Source of the DNA: Takakia lepidozioides | Taxonomy: Eukaryota > Plantae > Bryophyta | Direction: 5' to 3' | Assembly (NCBI GenBank): GCA_030704615.1 | Contig: CM060732.1 | Coordinates: forward strand, 48,236,001 to 48,300,000 | Length of the DNA stretch: 64,000 nucleotides | In this document: piece by piece, positions 26,740-39,720 of the stretch | Layout: each line of letters starts with the position of its first letter | How positions within the stretch are numbered: position 1 is the first letter of the stretch | Position numbers and translations under genes: made by a program | The notes under the pieces: model-generated | What the model saw: the letters and a program-made list of their open reading frames with translations, nothing else | The model's database searches: none | Told to the model about the DNA's origin: nothing

Positions 26740-28275
26740 TGTATAACCCAGAAATAGAAGAAGGTTGTGGCTTTTATTGCCGGGAATTGTTTGTTAGACT
26801 GCAAATGGAATTTTGTCACGAAGTGCGTGCTTCTTGTAGGTATATGTGGCTACTATGGTGTAGGATGCATGATTAGATTTGTGTGCATAATGTTCGATCA
26901 TGTGGTGATTGATGGCATTCTTCAACTCGTTATACCGAGGAACGATATACGTTGCTTTGTCCTACAATTCGTTAAATAATTGAGTTTTAGGTTCGACAGG
27001 AATCTCGTCGGTATATTTGGAAAATCCGCATTTGAGAACGCACATTTCCGAAGAATTTATAACAATATGGCATATTGCTTGTCTCAATTGTTGCAAGGTT
27101 AATATGATTGTGTTAGGACGTATGTAATTCTCCCAAAGGCTTTTACCTAGACATTTTCCTCCGTATATTTTGTGAATGTCACTGTGGGTTGTATGTTGAT
27201 TGAGTGCAGAGGTTTTTCTTTGAATTTTTGTAAAGGTTTTAGATGAATATCAGATATCCGGTTGCATCCAACCATTGATACTTCGTCTATGATCAAGTAG
27301 TATGTATCTGACCATTCGTTTTTGAAACTTTTTGTGTTTGGGTCGCTAATTAACAATTGGATGTGATGTCAGTCCTAATAGATGGTGAATGGTTGATCCT
27401 TATATTAAGGTTTTGTGATTTGCTGTGTAAGCACACCAATTTTCAGCATTTTTGGTCTTCTAATCTTCATAAAATATGTTTAAATTGCTTTAATAATTTC
27501 CGTCTTTCCGGTTCCAACAGCACCTCCCACATGTATTAATGTTTGTTTTTTAAATTTGAGATGGTGGCTTTGTGGGGTTATAAAACATTCAATTGCTGCT
27601 TCCTATGAAGTGTTGAGCTTATAGTTGATCTTCACATGAATGATGATGAAATCAGTGTCTGTATCATAGAATTCATCATCCGTGATATCCATATTCGATT
27701 GATTTGTGTTTTTGAGAATTCTCTCAATTATGGTTTTTATCATGTCGCTCGAGAAACTTCCATAATTCAATTGCGCTTGTGAATTCGGAGAGTTCTTTGT
27801 CAATGTCAGTGGACGTTGTTTTGGATTTATGTAAAATTTTCAACCATTATTTGTTATGAGGTGGTTTTTTATTAGATATTTTTGACGTACTGGACCATTC
27901 CTATTTTTGGTGCTGCTGGCGGTGATATTTTTGCGTTGGCATCTGAAACGAACTTGTTGGTAATTTCAGTCACATATTTGTTTTCACTTGTATTACACAC
28001 AAAGTATTAATTAATTTGTAATTTTTGATTTTTTGTAACTGTGTCTTCTATACGTTGTAGCACTGAATTGTCGTCTACATATATATCATCATTATCATCT
28101 TCTTGCATTTCGCCGGTATATCATTGAAAAGTGGATCAACGTTGATGTCTTCTCCATTCTCGTGCACCCAGTCATTTTCTGCATTTGCATTGTGAAGTAA
28201 TAGCTTGTCAGAATCTCATGATTCTTTGCATTCAAGCAACATATCGATATTTGCAATGGTTTTGCAGTGTGAAAG
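26740..28275 (-). mobile_element. Degenerate Helitron-like PIF1 helicase fragment
   Basis: NIDMLLECKES, Walker A HVGGAVGTGKTEIIKAI (~27480-27540), Walker B YLIIDEVSMVG, QQLRQ, IVPR.NELKNAIN; many frameshifts. Confidence 0.8.
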
Positions 28276-29743
28276 AAGGGGCATAAAACCCTATAATAGA
28301 ACTAGGTTCTAATCTGGTCATTGACAGAGAAACTTGTTACTGCCCTATGGCTCACACCCTACTTGTTTCTAAAATTGTTCATGGCCAGAGGTTTTATACC
28401 CTTATCCACACCGCAGCGGAGGGGAAGATATGGGTAGGGCTAAGTTTATCTATTATGGTATTTAATTACTTTAATGAAAAATGATACCACATATGCCGAC
28501 AATCTTCTTCCCGATGGTCAACATCAGTTCCAAAGTCAGGGTTAGCTAGTACGTATCCATGAAATACATTCATTTGCTGATACTTACAGGGCAGACCCAC
28601 AAGATTGTAGTTGCTTATTTCAAAGATAGGGTGTCTCTGTTTTTTTTTTTTCCTTTTAAGGGAAACACCTAGGAGCGACAACTCACAAATCAGGCCCTTG
28701 ATAGTGATGAGAGGAGAAATAACCTATTCACAGAACCTCGCCGTGAAGGCTTTCCGATGCGACACATGGCAGGGGGGGGGGGAGGGAGAGCGCGAAGAGA
28801 GAAAGTAGGGGGGGAGAGAAGGGATTTGGCGGGAGTGCAAACAAGGGGAGACTGAGGAGAGAGCGTGGACCACACCCGTCAAGTAGCAGGAATTTGACTG
28901 TGTTCAGAGTAATCTTGGAGGGCACTCGTTCACTTACCAACTGAGATACTGATTGTTTGTTGTTGGTCTCAGTTTGGACGTCATCAGGCAGTTTTTTCAG
29001 TGAGGACTGTGTTTCTGGTGTTCATGTATCTTGCTTGTTTTAATAAAGTTCATCTGTACTATAAAAGATCATTGTTCTATTACACCACTATGCGACATAT
29101 ACAATGTAATTTTTTTTTTTTTTTTTTTTTTGCGAATTAAGTGGAATGAACTATAAGAATGCTAGGACGTTTGGCTCATCAAAACATTGTTGTAATCTGC
29201 AAGTTTTTGTGCTAGGACTCTAAAAACATATTTAAATTATAATTTTTGTGCTAGGACTCTAAAAACATATTTAAATTATAATGAGCTTGACCTTTTCAAA
29301 GAAATACGTGGTCCCACTTTTTTCTCCTTTAGCAGACCAATTGATCATACCAACGTGCATCTGCATTTTCTGCTCAGTAAGGGTCTGGAAAATATCTAAG
29401 TGTTGACGAGCTTCGAGGTAAGTAAGGAGGGTGTGTTCATAACAGGATGTGGTTTAAATTTTCTTTTGGCAAATTCCAAGGCATTTATTCAGAGATAGAA
29501 TTAGCCTTTTCTACTAGTTAGAAATTGTCATACCAACATATAATCTAGGAGGCCAGGTTTGTATATGGACAAATGGTCATACACTCTTAAGATTGACTCC
29601 TAAATTGTTACTCCTAAATTGTTACTAAAGATGTTAAGTATATTATTGTCTGTTTTTATAAGAATCAAACTGAAAAACAATGTTCCAAAAAACAAAACAA
29701 AACTTTCATGGACGTCACCATCTGCCAAAAGTGAGACACCCTA

Positions 29744-30020
29744 TCATGCAACTGCCCATTTGCGTTCTATCATTTTTTTTTTTTTAAAAGAGTGATGATT
29801 CCTTGGGACATAGAAGAGAGGCATAAGTCCATTAATCTTGATCGAGTTAGCCATCACACATAAGTCATCAGAGATTTGTAGCCAGAGGGTTTTGTAAAAC
29901 TCCACTGGCATTCCATCAATTCCCGGTGCATTATTGTTGTTCATCTTGGCAAGGGGATCTTCCATCTCTTGGCTCGTGAATTCCGCGAGGTGTAGGGAGT
30001 CTTCCTGATTGAGTTTCCTA
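29744..30020 (-). mobile_element. L1-type LINE RT fragment
   Basis: EFTSQEM...NNAPGIDGMPVEFYKTLW. Confidence 0.75.
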
Positions 30021-30024
30021 AGGA

Positions 30025-31154
30025 TTGCCTGAGGGCAGGCGTACTTCATTCAACGCCCCTACTCCACAATTGCACCATCTTCCGATCATGGGATTGGGCT
30101 ACAGGTGGAGTCTTGACTTCGCAGGGCCGTTGCCACTGACCATGCGCCACAACAAGTACGTGTTGGTGATGGTGGAGCACTTCTCCAAGTGGATTGAATT
30201 GGTTCCATTGCCTGATAAGGCTAGTGAGGGAGCTGCGTATGCATTCCTGGATTGTGTGCTTAGCCGATTCGGTGCTCCAGCTGAGGTACTCACGGACCAA
30301 GGGAGAGAGTTCTTGGGGGAGTTTCAGGCTTTGTGTGACAAGGCCTTGATAGACCACCGCACCACTTCTCGGGATCATCCTGAAGCCGATGGCTTGGCAG
30401 AGAGAGTTGTTCAGACAATAAAGAGGGGTTTGCGCAAGTATGGCTTGCAGAAGGGACACCTAGGAGATTGGGACCTTCAGTTACCCTGGTTAGCCATGGG
30501 CTACAGGTTCAGCAAGCAAGCATCACTTGCCTCCTTCTCACCATACTTTCTTCTCTTTGGCCGAGAGCCGGATTTGCCTACATCCATTCGCAGAGAAGCT
30601 GCTACAGTTCTTAACCTTGACAATCCGGACGTGTGGGCACGTGCATGTGAGCAGCGTGCAGAGTTGTTCAAGAGAGTCATGCCCATGGCTTTCGAGAACC
30701 TTGCCATTGCACAACACCGTGATACGTTGAGGTATGCTACCATACGTGGTGGGGGCTATCGTCCTGGGGTTTGGAGATTCAACCTGGTGACTATGTCTAT
30801 CTGCAGCAGACTGCTCCTACGACCCTGGATGTGACTGCAGGACGTGTTATTTTGAGGGTTCGAGAGGTCTTGCCCTCAGGCGTCTTGGTCTTGGAGGGTC
30901 GGGATGGCATAACTTGGAAGGACCATGTGCGTAATTGTACGCCATGTCACCTTCCGAATGTTGATGGCAGGATTGACCCAAACCTGGTAGTGGTATCTGC
31001 AGGTTTGAGGTGCATGTTGTGTGGGTCTGCTAAAGGGGCAGCCACCATGCTGGTGTGCGATCGATGCTCTAGAGGTTGGCATATGGGATGCTTGACTCCA
31101 CCTCTTGAGATGGTTCCGGATGGGGATTGGTTATGTCCACATTGCATTGGATAG
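30025..31154 (+). pseudogene. Gypsy integrase core with C-terminal PHD finger (one frameshift near 30770)
   Basis: WSLDFAGP, VLTDQGREF, DGLAERVV; then CMLC...LVCDRCSRGWHMGCLTPPL..VPDGDWLCPHC (C4HC3); G-rich PPT-like run ~31403-31409 followed by TGT. Confidence 0.9.
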
Positions 31155-31491
31155 TGGGAGTGGATACAACCATGGAAGGCTAACAAGAAACGCAAGGCCC
31201 AGCTACTAGGAGACCTTGAACACACGAGGTCCTGGCTCAAGTTCACAGATTGCAAGATGGCGACTAACGATGGGGCTACTCTTGTACCCGGCCTCTTGGT
31301 CTATAGAGTTTGAGTACAATAGGGACAGTGATAGAGGACTTAGTATGGCTGTGGCTATTACATCTTGTAGCTATCTGGAGGTAGAGGGACCTATCCACAG
31401 CTAGGGGGGCGATTGTGGCAGACTACTTTATTGTGCATATATGTGTTGGACAACGATGTAGTTGTGTAGCGATATGTATGCGCACGACAGC

Positions 31492-32889
31492 TGTCAAGTT
31501 AAATAAGCACAGTGTGAAAACAGCTAGAATAAAACTAGTTATTTGTATTTAACACTTGGATTTAGGTCAAGTGTTAAATCAGGTGTCAAGTTTAGTTTGA
31601 CACCTGGTCCGTCTTATCTTTGTTAGAGGACTGTAGGGGACTTAGACACTTATACGGGATCTGTAGGGTACCCTTAATTTTTGCACAGACTAAGACCAAC
31701 AGGAGCCTTAGGGGTGACAGCAGCGCACTGTAGAGGGGGGTTTACACAGTCAACACAGCCGTCACAGTCGTCACAGCCCACACAGCCAAACACAGCCCGT
31801 CACAGTCATCACAGCCCACACAGCCAACACAGCCCGTCACAGCCGACACAGCCCACACAGTTGTCACAGCAGACACAGCCCACACAGCCCGTCACAGTCG
31901 TCACAGCAGACACAGCCCCACACACCAGTCACAGCCCGACACAGCCAAACACAGCCAGTCACCGCTTGACACAGGCTGTCACGATAATAGGGAACGACTG
32001 TGGGGAACAACACCTGTGAAGGGAACATGTTAGTTCACAGACGACGGTTAGAGAGGGAAACGGTTAGAACCGCGGATAGGAGGATAAAGGGAGAAACGGG
32101 GAATGAAGGGGGGGATCATCATTAGTCGGAGGAGGACTTCGGAGTCAGGCAGGAGCGGAGATCGGAGGCAAGAGATGGAGAGCACGATGAAGGAGAAAAG
32201 AGGATTAGTAGATGTTTGTATATGCAAAACTGTAGTGATATTGGAGAGCAGATTAGAGACATAATGGCTTCGGCCTGATACCTGATAAATCATAATCTGA
32301 TACATATACGATACAATCACACTGTGTAGAGAGATCTGAGAGAAGCTGTGGATTGAATGGATGAGTGAAGGAAACCGATAGATTGATGAAGCAAACTGAT
32401 ACTTAATTATCAATGCCAAAGGTAGCTAAGATGAATGCGGAAAGGGAAACGCATAGGAAACACCCCCATGATACACTAGCTGTAGGTCATGACTGATTGT
32501 TCTGCGCGGGCTGAGTACTTAGAGATTTCCAACTCTTCTATCTTAGAGTTTCCGCCTCGGATAGCGAAGGGATGGGTGAGTAAAAGCCGCGCGACAATCT
32601 TCACGAGAGCGGCAGTCGCGCGGCTCATCTTTCTTGAGTTGAGCCTGCGCGACCGAGCTCCTGCATGCGTTTAGATCTGAGTGTACTCATGATGGGAGTG
32701 TAGGTTGTTGTGGGGTGGAATCCCCATAGCTTGGGGTGCCCCTGGCTCGACTACTATTATAAAGAGTGATAGCGATGGATTTCATATGTTTTGTGTCAAT
32801 AGTGTCTCTATGACTACTTTATTGTGCATATATGTGTGGTGTGGTTTGGACAGCGATGTAGTTGTGTAGCGATATGTATGCGCACGACA
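31492..32889 (+). repeat. 5' LTR of a Tcn1-like Gypsy (~417 bp net), interrupted by a solo LTR
   Basis: TGTC...GACA ends; gag ATG 10 nt downstream; no tRNA-type PBS seen. Confidence 0.65.
31621..32596 (+). mobile_element. Solo LTR related to the 1728-11501 element
   Basis: TGTTAGAGG...GCGACA, CACAGCC minisatellite, U5 almost identical to 2580-2718; TSD ATCTT (31616-31620, 32597-32601). Confidence 0.93.
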
Positions 32890-32899
32890 GAGTCAAACA

Positions 32900-33449
32900 A
32901 TGGATCTTCAACTATACGAGTCCCTACTGCAATAGCTCCTACTACAACGGTTCATCTTCAACAGATTACGAGAGAACCAAAGATCAGCATGGGACAAGAT
33001 CAAGATTTCGCGGTTTTGTTCAACAAGTACGACTATTCCTATGACTACATCCATAATGCTACCCCGATGAAGGTATTCAAGTGGGATGCGTGGGCACCCT
33101 TCTATCAGGCACTGCCCTATGTTGGTTTGCACCGCTATTAGAAAAAAATTTCGCATTTACTATACAATTTTGAAGCATTCATGTCCAAGTTCACTGTAAC
33201 GTTTGGAGAGAATAATAGAGAGAGAGTTGCAGAGACAAAGATTCAAAATTTTCGACAAGGAGCACGTCCTGCTTCTGTTTATGCTGCCGAATTTCGACAA
33301 CTTGCGTGCGACCTCGACTGGGATTAGAAGAGCCTCATTAATCAGTTTCGATGTGGGCTAAAAGATGATGTAAAAGATTTGTTGCTGACAATGTCAAACG
33401 TGAGCACACTTAGCGAATTCATCACCCAAGTCATTGCATGCGATAATCG
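32900..33449 (+). pseudogene. Tcn1-like gag, 5' part
   Basis: REPKIS, GTRSRFRGFVQQVRLFL, RQGARPASVYAAEFRQLACDLDWD, GLKDDVKDLL...IACDNR; continues at 62492. Confidence 0.9.
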
Positions 33450-34576
33450 CACTAGAAGCATTTGTGTCATTTACCACTGGGGTAATGACTCATTTTGAGT
33501 CGTAAAAGTAAAAAAAATGGGATCAACTGGAAGTTACAAACGACTAGTTACAACAGACGTGGTAGTTGGGTTGGACATCCAATGATTGGAGTGGTAAAGG
33601 ACGCAGACGCGCGAACAATTGCTCAGCGATTAATGCTGAAGAACCACGTGGCGTAACCAGGCCGGCCGCCCTTGTGTCTGACCTTTTGGGCTGACTTTGA
33701 CTTCTCCCTCCAGATGAGTGGACTGACTCGCTGGGGCGCGGTGACACATGGATGCGGACGTGGACGTGGACGAACGACAACGTGGACGCCGATGTGGCGG
33801 CGCCGCGACGAGCAGCAATGCTGCCGCGTGGCCACGGGCCGAGGACGCCACGTCGCAGTCGGCCACATAACTTGGAGTGCTATATGTCAGGTGGCAACAG
33901 CGACTGGCGAAGTCGACTGCAGAACTGCCGGTAGACGAATCCACGGGGACCACGTGGAGAGTGTGTGGATTGACGCGTAGCGTCGTCCCCATGCAATGGC
34001 AGTGAGGGGTACAACTGCTAGTGAAAAGACGCGGAGTGGTTATGCCCTCTCGGGACTGCTTTGGCCAACTCTGCTGCCACTGTGCTAGTTGGTTGCACTA
34101 CACGAGGAAAGCACTGCAAACAAGCACTTGTAGTGGTTTGTGTGAGTTCTGCAAATGACCTGCATTCTAAGGTGAAAATATGGTTCTGATGCATTCTAGT
34201 GGTTTTAGTGGTTCACCCATATGCAGGGGGAATTGAGAAGCAATGATACTGGGCAAAACTCAGAATACAGACCACGATGCATGCACAACATCACGCTAAT
34301 GAACCAAATAGACGTAGTCCAGGGAGACCAAAGACCATCACACATACACATAGAAGGTGGACGGACACGACGACAAGTCAGGAAAATATGATATCACATT
34401 CAGATAAGAGACCGTCACGGCACACCTGCGTATGAGCAAGACAAAATGCCAACATACATGGGGGCCGGACATTACATAAACTGTCATGGCCCGAATGTTC
34501 AAAACCGGTAACATGAGTATCATACACACTTCTATGAGTATCATACACACCCAACAGGGACTACAAACATGAAATC

Positions 34577-37500
34577 TCACTTGACACTTTTACCTTTCCT
34601 CATACTCTTCTCTGGCCATAGAGTCACCGTGCCTTTCATGTGCGCTAGTGTGGTCTGGGGGGGGGGGGGGGGGGGCAATCGTCCAAATTTGGGCAAGGCA
34701 ACGTAACACTTGGAAGCATGATCTCGTGGACTTTCACCTTGTACCACCCGGAACGAATTATGTCCTTGCAGTGAAACTTGTCAACCCCGACTATTCCCAC
34801 CACTTCCGCCTTTGCTGCGGCTGTCTTCGACGCTTGTCATTGGGGTTCAGGAGAAACACAGGATCTGATATCTGCAGACACCAACATCAACTGCCACTCA
34901 GCAACAAACATAGCAATGACAGGGTGAAAGTCAAGCGCACGTGGTCATGGAAACGATCTTGGTTGCCACGATACTGAATCAGCAGCAAATTCAGGGTGTT
35001 TCTTCGTACCTTGAAGCGAGGCTCGTCGTTGAGGGTGGCAACCGAGAAAAGCTGCCCACGTGTCTTCAACTGCAGTAGCAAAAAGAGGTTTAGTCAGACG
35101 GATAAGAATAACATGAACTCTGGTTGCTGCAATGGTATAAACACACCTCCACGGAGCAAGCTAACAAACACCCTACTTAGACCCTGCAAACTACAACTTC
35201 ATGGCAAAAATAACCCTACTAAAAACCAGGCAAAAGCAAGGAGCCATGAATGCATCCCTGGGGAACCGCGTCCTGCTGCGATGATGGTGCCGGGGACAAC
35301 CCACTCCTCTTGCTCACCTGCAATGAACACACAATGCAATGCTTCAGGAAGTGTATCCATAAAGGAAACCAGCCAAGCAAGTTTGCGGAGAGGGGCTGGG
35401 AACAAACCATACCTTGGGCGCTGCCTCCTCATGCCGGGGGGCAGATCCGGAATGCTGGCGCCGTAGCACTATGGTCCTTGGCGCAGAACCCACCTTCTTC
35501 ACATTCGACCCCAATGTCACTCCCTGTGGTCCCTGCAAAACATATAGTGCCAGCCATGCGTGAGAGGGCATCCGGGGGGAACAAAACAAACATCTCATTT
35601 GGCTTCGATGTCATCTTGCAAACAGTAAGGTTAGTTTCACCTGCATGGGCATAGAAGCACTTCCCCCAACGACCCCATCCTCTCCCGCATTCAAGCTGCC
35701 AGTCGGGGTCAGCTTCCGCGTACTTAGGAAGACACGCACATCCTTGGAGCAAAACAAATCTTGGCAGTAGGGCCAGACTGTTTCTAAAAGGTAGTCTGAA
35801 TCGGGCCCCTCACTGACATTGCTAGTAACATTAAACAAAAATGGATGGACCATGTTCAAAGGGGAGTTCCCCTTCCCCTTGTGTGGTGAATCGTCCACTA
35901 AGAGGGTGTTGGATTCGTTAAATCCAGAAAATTCCGACCACACCCTCGATAGTCTCTTTTGTAAGTTCTGTATGGTAGGCCCTTTTGTGGGGTGTGGCTC
36001 TATCGAGGGGTCACACTCCTCTTGTGACCACACGAAGAGGGGAGAACCCTTGACCCCCTGCACCACCACTTTCAAGATGTCTGCAACATTCCCCTTGGAA
36101 GCACAGGACCATATCCCAATGTAGAAATACCGGAAGAGAAGGTTTAAAAACTCGCAGACCTGGGGCCTTGGGAAAACATACTTGTTGGTGGTCAACACCC
36201 ATGGCCAATGACGCCTCGGGGGTTGGGCTGAAAGTTAGGAATAGAGTGGCACAGGATCTCGTTCAGGTCTAGAACAATTAGTTTCGACTTTTCAATGAAA
36301 GGAGCTTTTGAAGGGGTGTCACGGGGTCTCACCTCAGTGGGTTGGGAGACAACAGTCACCCCGGAGGGCAAAGTTTCAGTCCCCCTACAGCCTGGACCAG
36401 GCAAACTACCACCCTCTCCCCCTACAGCTTCCCCTTTTCCCCCATCATCAGCAATGACCCCCCCATCGTCCATGTCATCCCCATCAACTTGCTGGACCTC
36501 TCCCCCTTCAACGAGTGGACCCTGCCCCCCACTGTGAATATCATCAACAACAGGCTGGACCTCAGTCACATCCCTACCCACTACAATTACTTCCTCATTG
36601 TCAAGTACAATGGTCGCAGCAGGGGGGTCTTCCATACTGCCACCCGTCACACCCCCTTCTTGCCCCATCATGAGTTCCACTATCTTCTTCAGCTGTGCTT
36701 CCATACCCCTCTCCCGCTCCGCAGAGAGAGCCGCAAGTCTCTCCAGGGCCCCGATGCGGGCTGCCATTGAGTTCCCCGCTCCCTGCGCATACAAACACCC
36801 ACCCGTCATGTTTAAAAACCAGAAGAAGAGGCCGAATGCGCGGGATTTCAGGCATTCCGAGATGGTTGGATTTAGTATAACATCCCTCGTGTACCATGCG
36901 TGGGGGACCCATATACCCACCAAATCTTAGTACAACAACAGATTCATGAATGGAAACCGGACTTCAAAACATACCTGGCTCAAAACAGACTCGGATGGGG
37001 TGCCAATCGCAGCGTTCTTTTGCTCCGCCCCGAGCTCAGACAGTGACGGGCTCCACGCTTTGCGTCTTTTCTGTATTTGCCCACCCACACACTGTCAGTA
37101 CAAAATGCCAGGAGCATATGGACAAAGCACTACATTGCATATCACATAACAACAAATTCTGCACAAGGGATAAAACCCACTTGTGGGTGTCTCTTCCATC
37201 GCAACGTGCCACAACGTAAGAGCAACGAGAAGGGGGTGTGGGAGATTACCAAACGGGCTGCTTGGCCTGCAATTCTTGCCCGGCCCCAACGCGAGGGGTT
37301 CGTGACACGAGCACGCGCTTGCTTCATCCCTTCGGCCTTTGCAAGTCCACGAGGGGACTCCCAGTAGGCAACAAGCTTATCCCAATAGGCGGGTTCAGTG
37401 TTCATTGGCCTCACACCAGTCTTCGCCCATTTATCTTTCAGTTTTGCTCTTTCTCCTTTCATTATCTTCCCACATTGCTTGACTATAAAATCGCGATTGG

Positions 37501-37978
37501 CAGGGATAGGTGTGTACTTGTACATGCCCTCTATTACCGTTGACATGGCACTCTGGGACTGCTGGTCAATGTCTTGTACGCTTGAGTCAAGGTAACGCAA
37601 TGCCAGGCCACGCAAATCACGCTGCCAATGTTCCTTACCTTCGCAGCCAGCATTGATGACTCCATTTCCATGCACCTCCACCTTGTGGCGCTTTAGCCCT
37701 GCAGCCACCCTTCCCTCTCCATCTCCTTCCCACTTTTTCATGGCATGGCGTCGTTCCTTCCTCAGCTCTGATGACCGTTTCCTGCCCCCATGCTCTGGAG
37801 TAACGCCGTCATGCGTTGTGGGGGGTGACTGATGTGTGCCGGTGGAGGGAGGGCCGTATGGAGATGTGGGAGGCCCCCATTGTGACGTGACAGCATCAGG
37901 AAGCCAGCGCCACAACCCCGAAGGGCTCCCCATGGTGCACTCTGCTATGGAAACCATCCGGCAGGGGGTGGGTGCCAA
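34577..37978 (-). pseudogene. Multi-exon TnpA-like gene with an internal FCP1-type domain
   Basis: 37142-37978 YWDKLVAYWES...KQARARV.NPSRWGR (Transposase_24-like); last exon ~34870-34577 KAEVVGIVG...FH...GWYKVKV...LPCP...GTVTLWP (Tnp1/En-Spm C-terminal-like); exon joins not fully resolved. Confidence 0.65.
35700..36290 (-). pseudogene. FCP1/SCP-like (NIF, HAD-fold) phosphatase domain
   Basis: KLIVLDLNEIL, RPQVCEFL, IGIWSCA, PLFVWSQEEC, KRLSRVW, NTLLVDDSPHK; frameshift near 36200. Confidence 0.85.
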
Positions 37979-38554
37979 GGTTGGTGTTGGTTGGCATTAT
38001 ATGGTGGCTGTGAGTGCTTTGCTGCAGCTTCACTCCCCTTCCGCTGCCACAACATCCCACACACAAGGTGCATCAGCTGTAGTCCTGCTAAACACAACGT
38101 CACCAGAGCACAAACCATCCCACAACCACAACCACAACCACAAGCAGCAGACCTCAAACCCACTCCCCTGCAGCGCAAGTGCCAAAAAATGAAAAGGAGA
38201 AGGACAGAATGTCCTCATAACATGTGCGGCCATTCATTGGTGAAGAAGCGGAATGTGGATGGGTTCACATCAGTACCACATGAAACTTACTAGGAAACAG
38301 AACATCCATCCGGGTTTTCCGCATATCCAGTAGACATCTATTCATACAATCATGTGCTGGCTGTATGTGCTTGCCCAACAACGGAGCCCCAAAAGGCCTA
38401 AAGACTCTCAATGTTGGTAAACATAGGTGCATGCACAATTCAATTGATAGCTTGGATATCTGGTGGTTTGTCTGGTGATAGCACCCCGGGCAGTGAATCA
38501 GACAATGAATATTGTGATTGTGGAGCCCACAGAATGGGCAATAGCACTCTCTCA

Positions 38555-39720
38555 TCTCTCAACTTCTGTTTGTTGTCCAAAGGTAGGCTTCCTCACCAAA
38601 GTTTAAATTTCAGTTTGGTGCACATAGTGGGTAGACCCTTCAGGTCATCCAGGATGTCCTCCCCCATGTCACAATCTGGAAACAGGTTCAGGGATGTTTT
38701 CTTCACACATGGCTTTGGACACTACAGTCTTTAAGTCACATGGTTCCAACAGGGTCAAGACTTGCCGGTCCACATTGAGTCTCTTCTAGTCTCTTCTGCC
38801 AGGACTTGGCCTGTTTGGCTGGGCGGTCCTATTTCCAAGATATAGAGTCGATTAACTTACGATATCTGGTGTAAAGACATGTGTTGCAGCAGACTCCACC
38901 ATCTCACCTTGAATTCATCTCCTCGGGAGGTTAAGAAAGGGATGCCAAACTCACCATGAACAGCCACATTGGCTGATTTGGAGCATGCGGACATCCACTC
39001 CTTAAGCACCCCCCACTTGGAACGATTATGTAGACCTAGCCTCATTGGAGTTATCAACCCATATAGCAAATGCGTAGTCCAACGCAGGTCCAATGACGTG
39101 ACAAAGCAAAATTTCCTTGACCTAAAAGTTAGTCCCTCTGCACACAGTGGTAGACCCTTCGGTTTTTCCACGATGTCCTCCCCCATGTCACAGACTGAAA
39201 ACATGTTCAGGGATGTTTTCTGCCTAACTTCATTTTCATTACACATTTTTTCTGGTAGCACTCACTTCCGTGGACACTACAGTCTCTAAGTCGCATTTAT
39301 CCAGAAGGATGAAGACGTGCGGGTCCACATTCAGATCCTTGAGAGTCAGTTCTATTGTCTTCTGCCAGGACTTGGCCTATTTGGCTGGACGGTCCTGTTT
39401 CCAAGATATAGAGTCGATTAACTTACGATATCTGGTGTGAAGACATGTGTTGCAACAGACTCCACCATCTCACCTTCAATTAATCTCCGCAAGAGCTTAA
39501 GGAAGGGATGTCGCACCCACCCCTGAACAGCCACATTGGCTATTTTGGAGCATGCGGACATCCACTCCTTAAGCACCCCCACTTGGAAGGATTCTATAGA
39601 CCTACCCTGGTTGGAGTTATGAACCCATATAGCAAATGCGTACTCCAAGGCAAGTCCAATGACGCGACAAAGCAAGGTTTTCTTGACCTCAAAGTTAATC
39701 CCTCTGCAGTGGAACAATTT
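38555..39720 (-). repeat. Tandemly reiterated non-LTR retrotransposon C-terminal fragments
   Basis: Two to three overlapping copies encoding LEYA.AIW...ANVAV.GE.G.P...RWW..LQHMS...KLIDSISW; related copy at 48500-48920. Confidence 0.6.
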
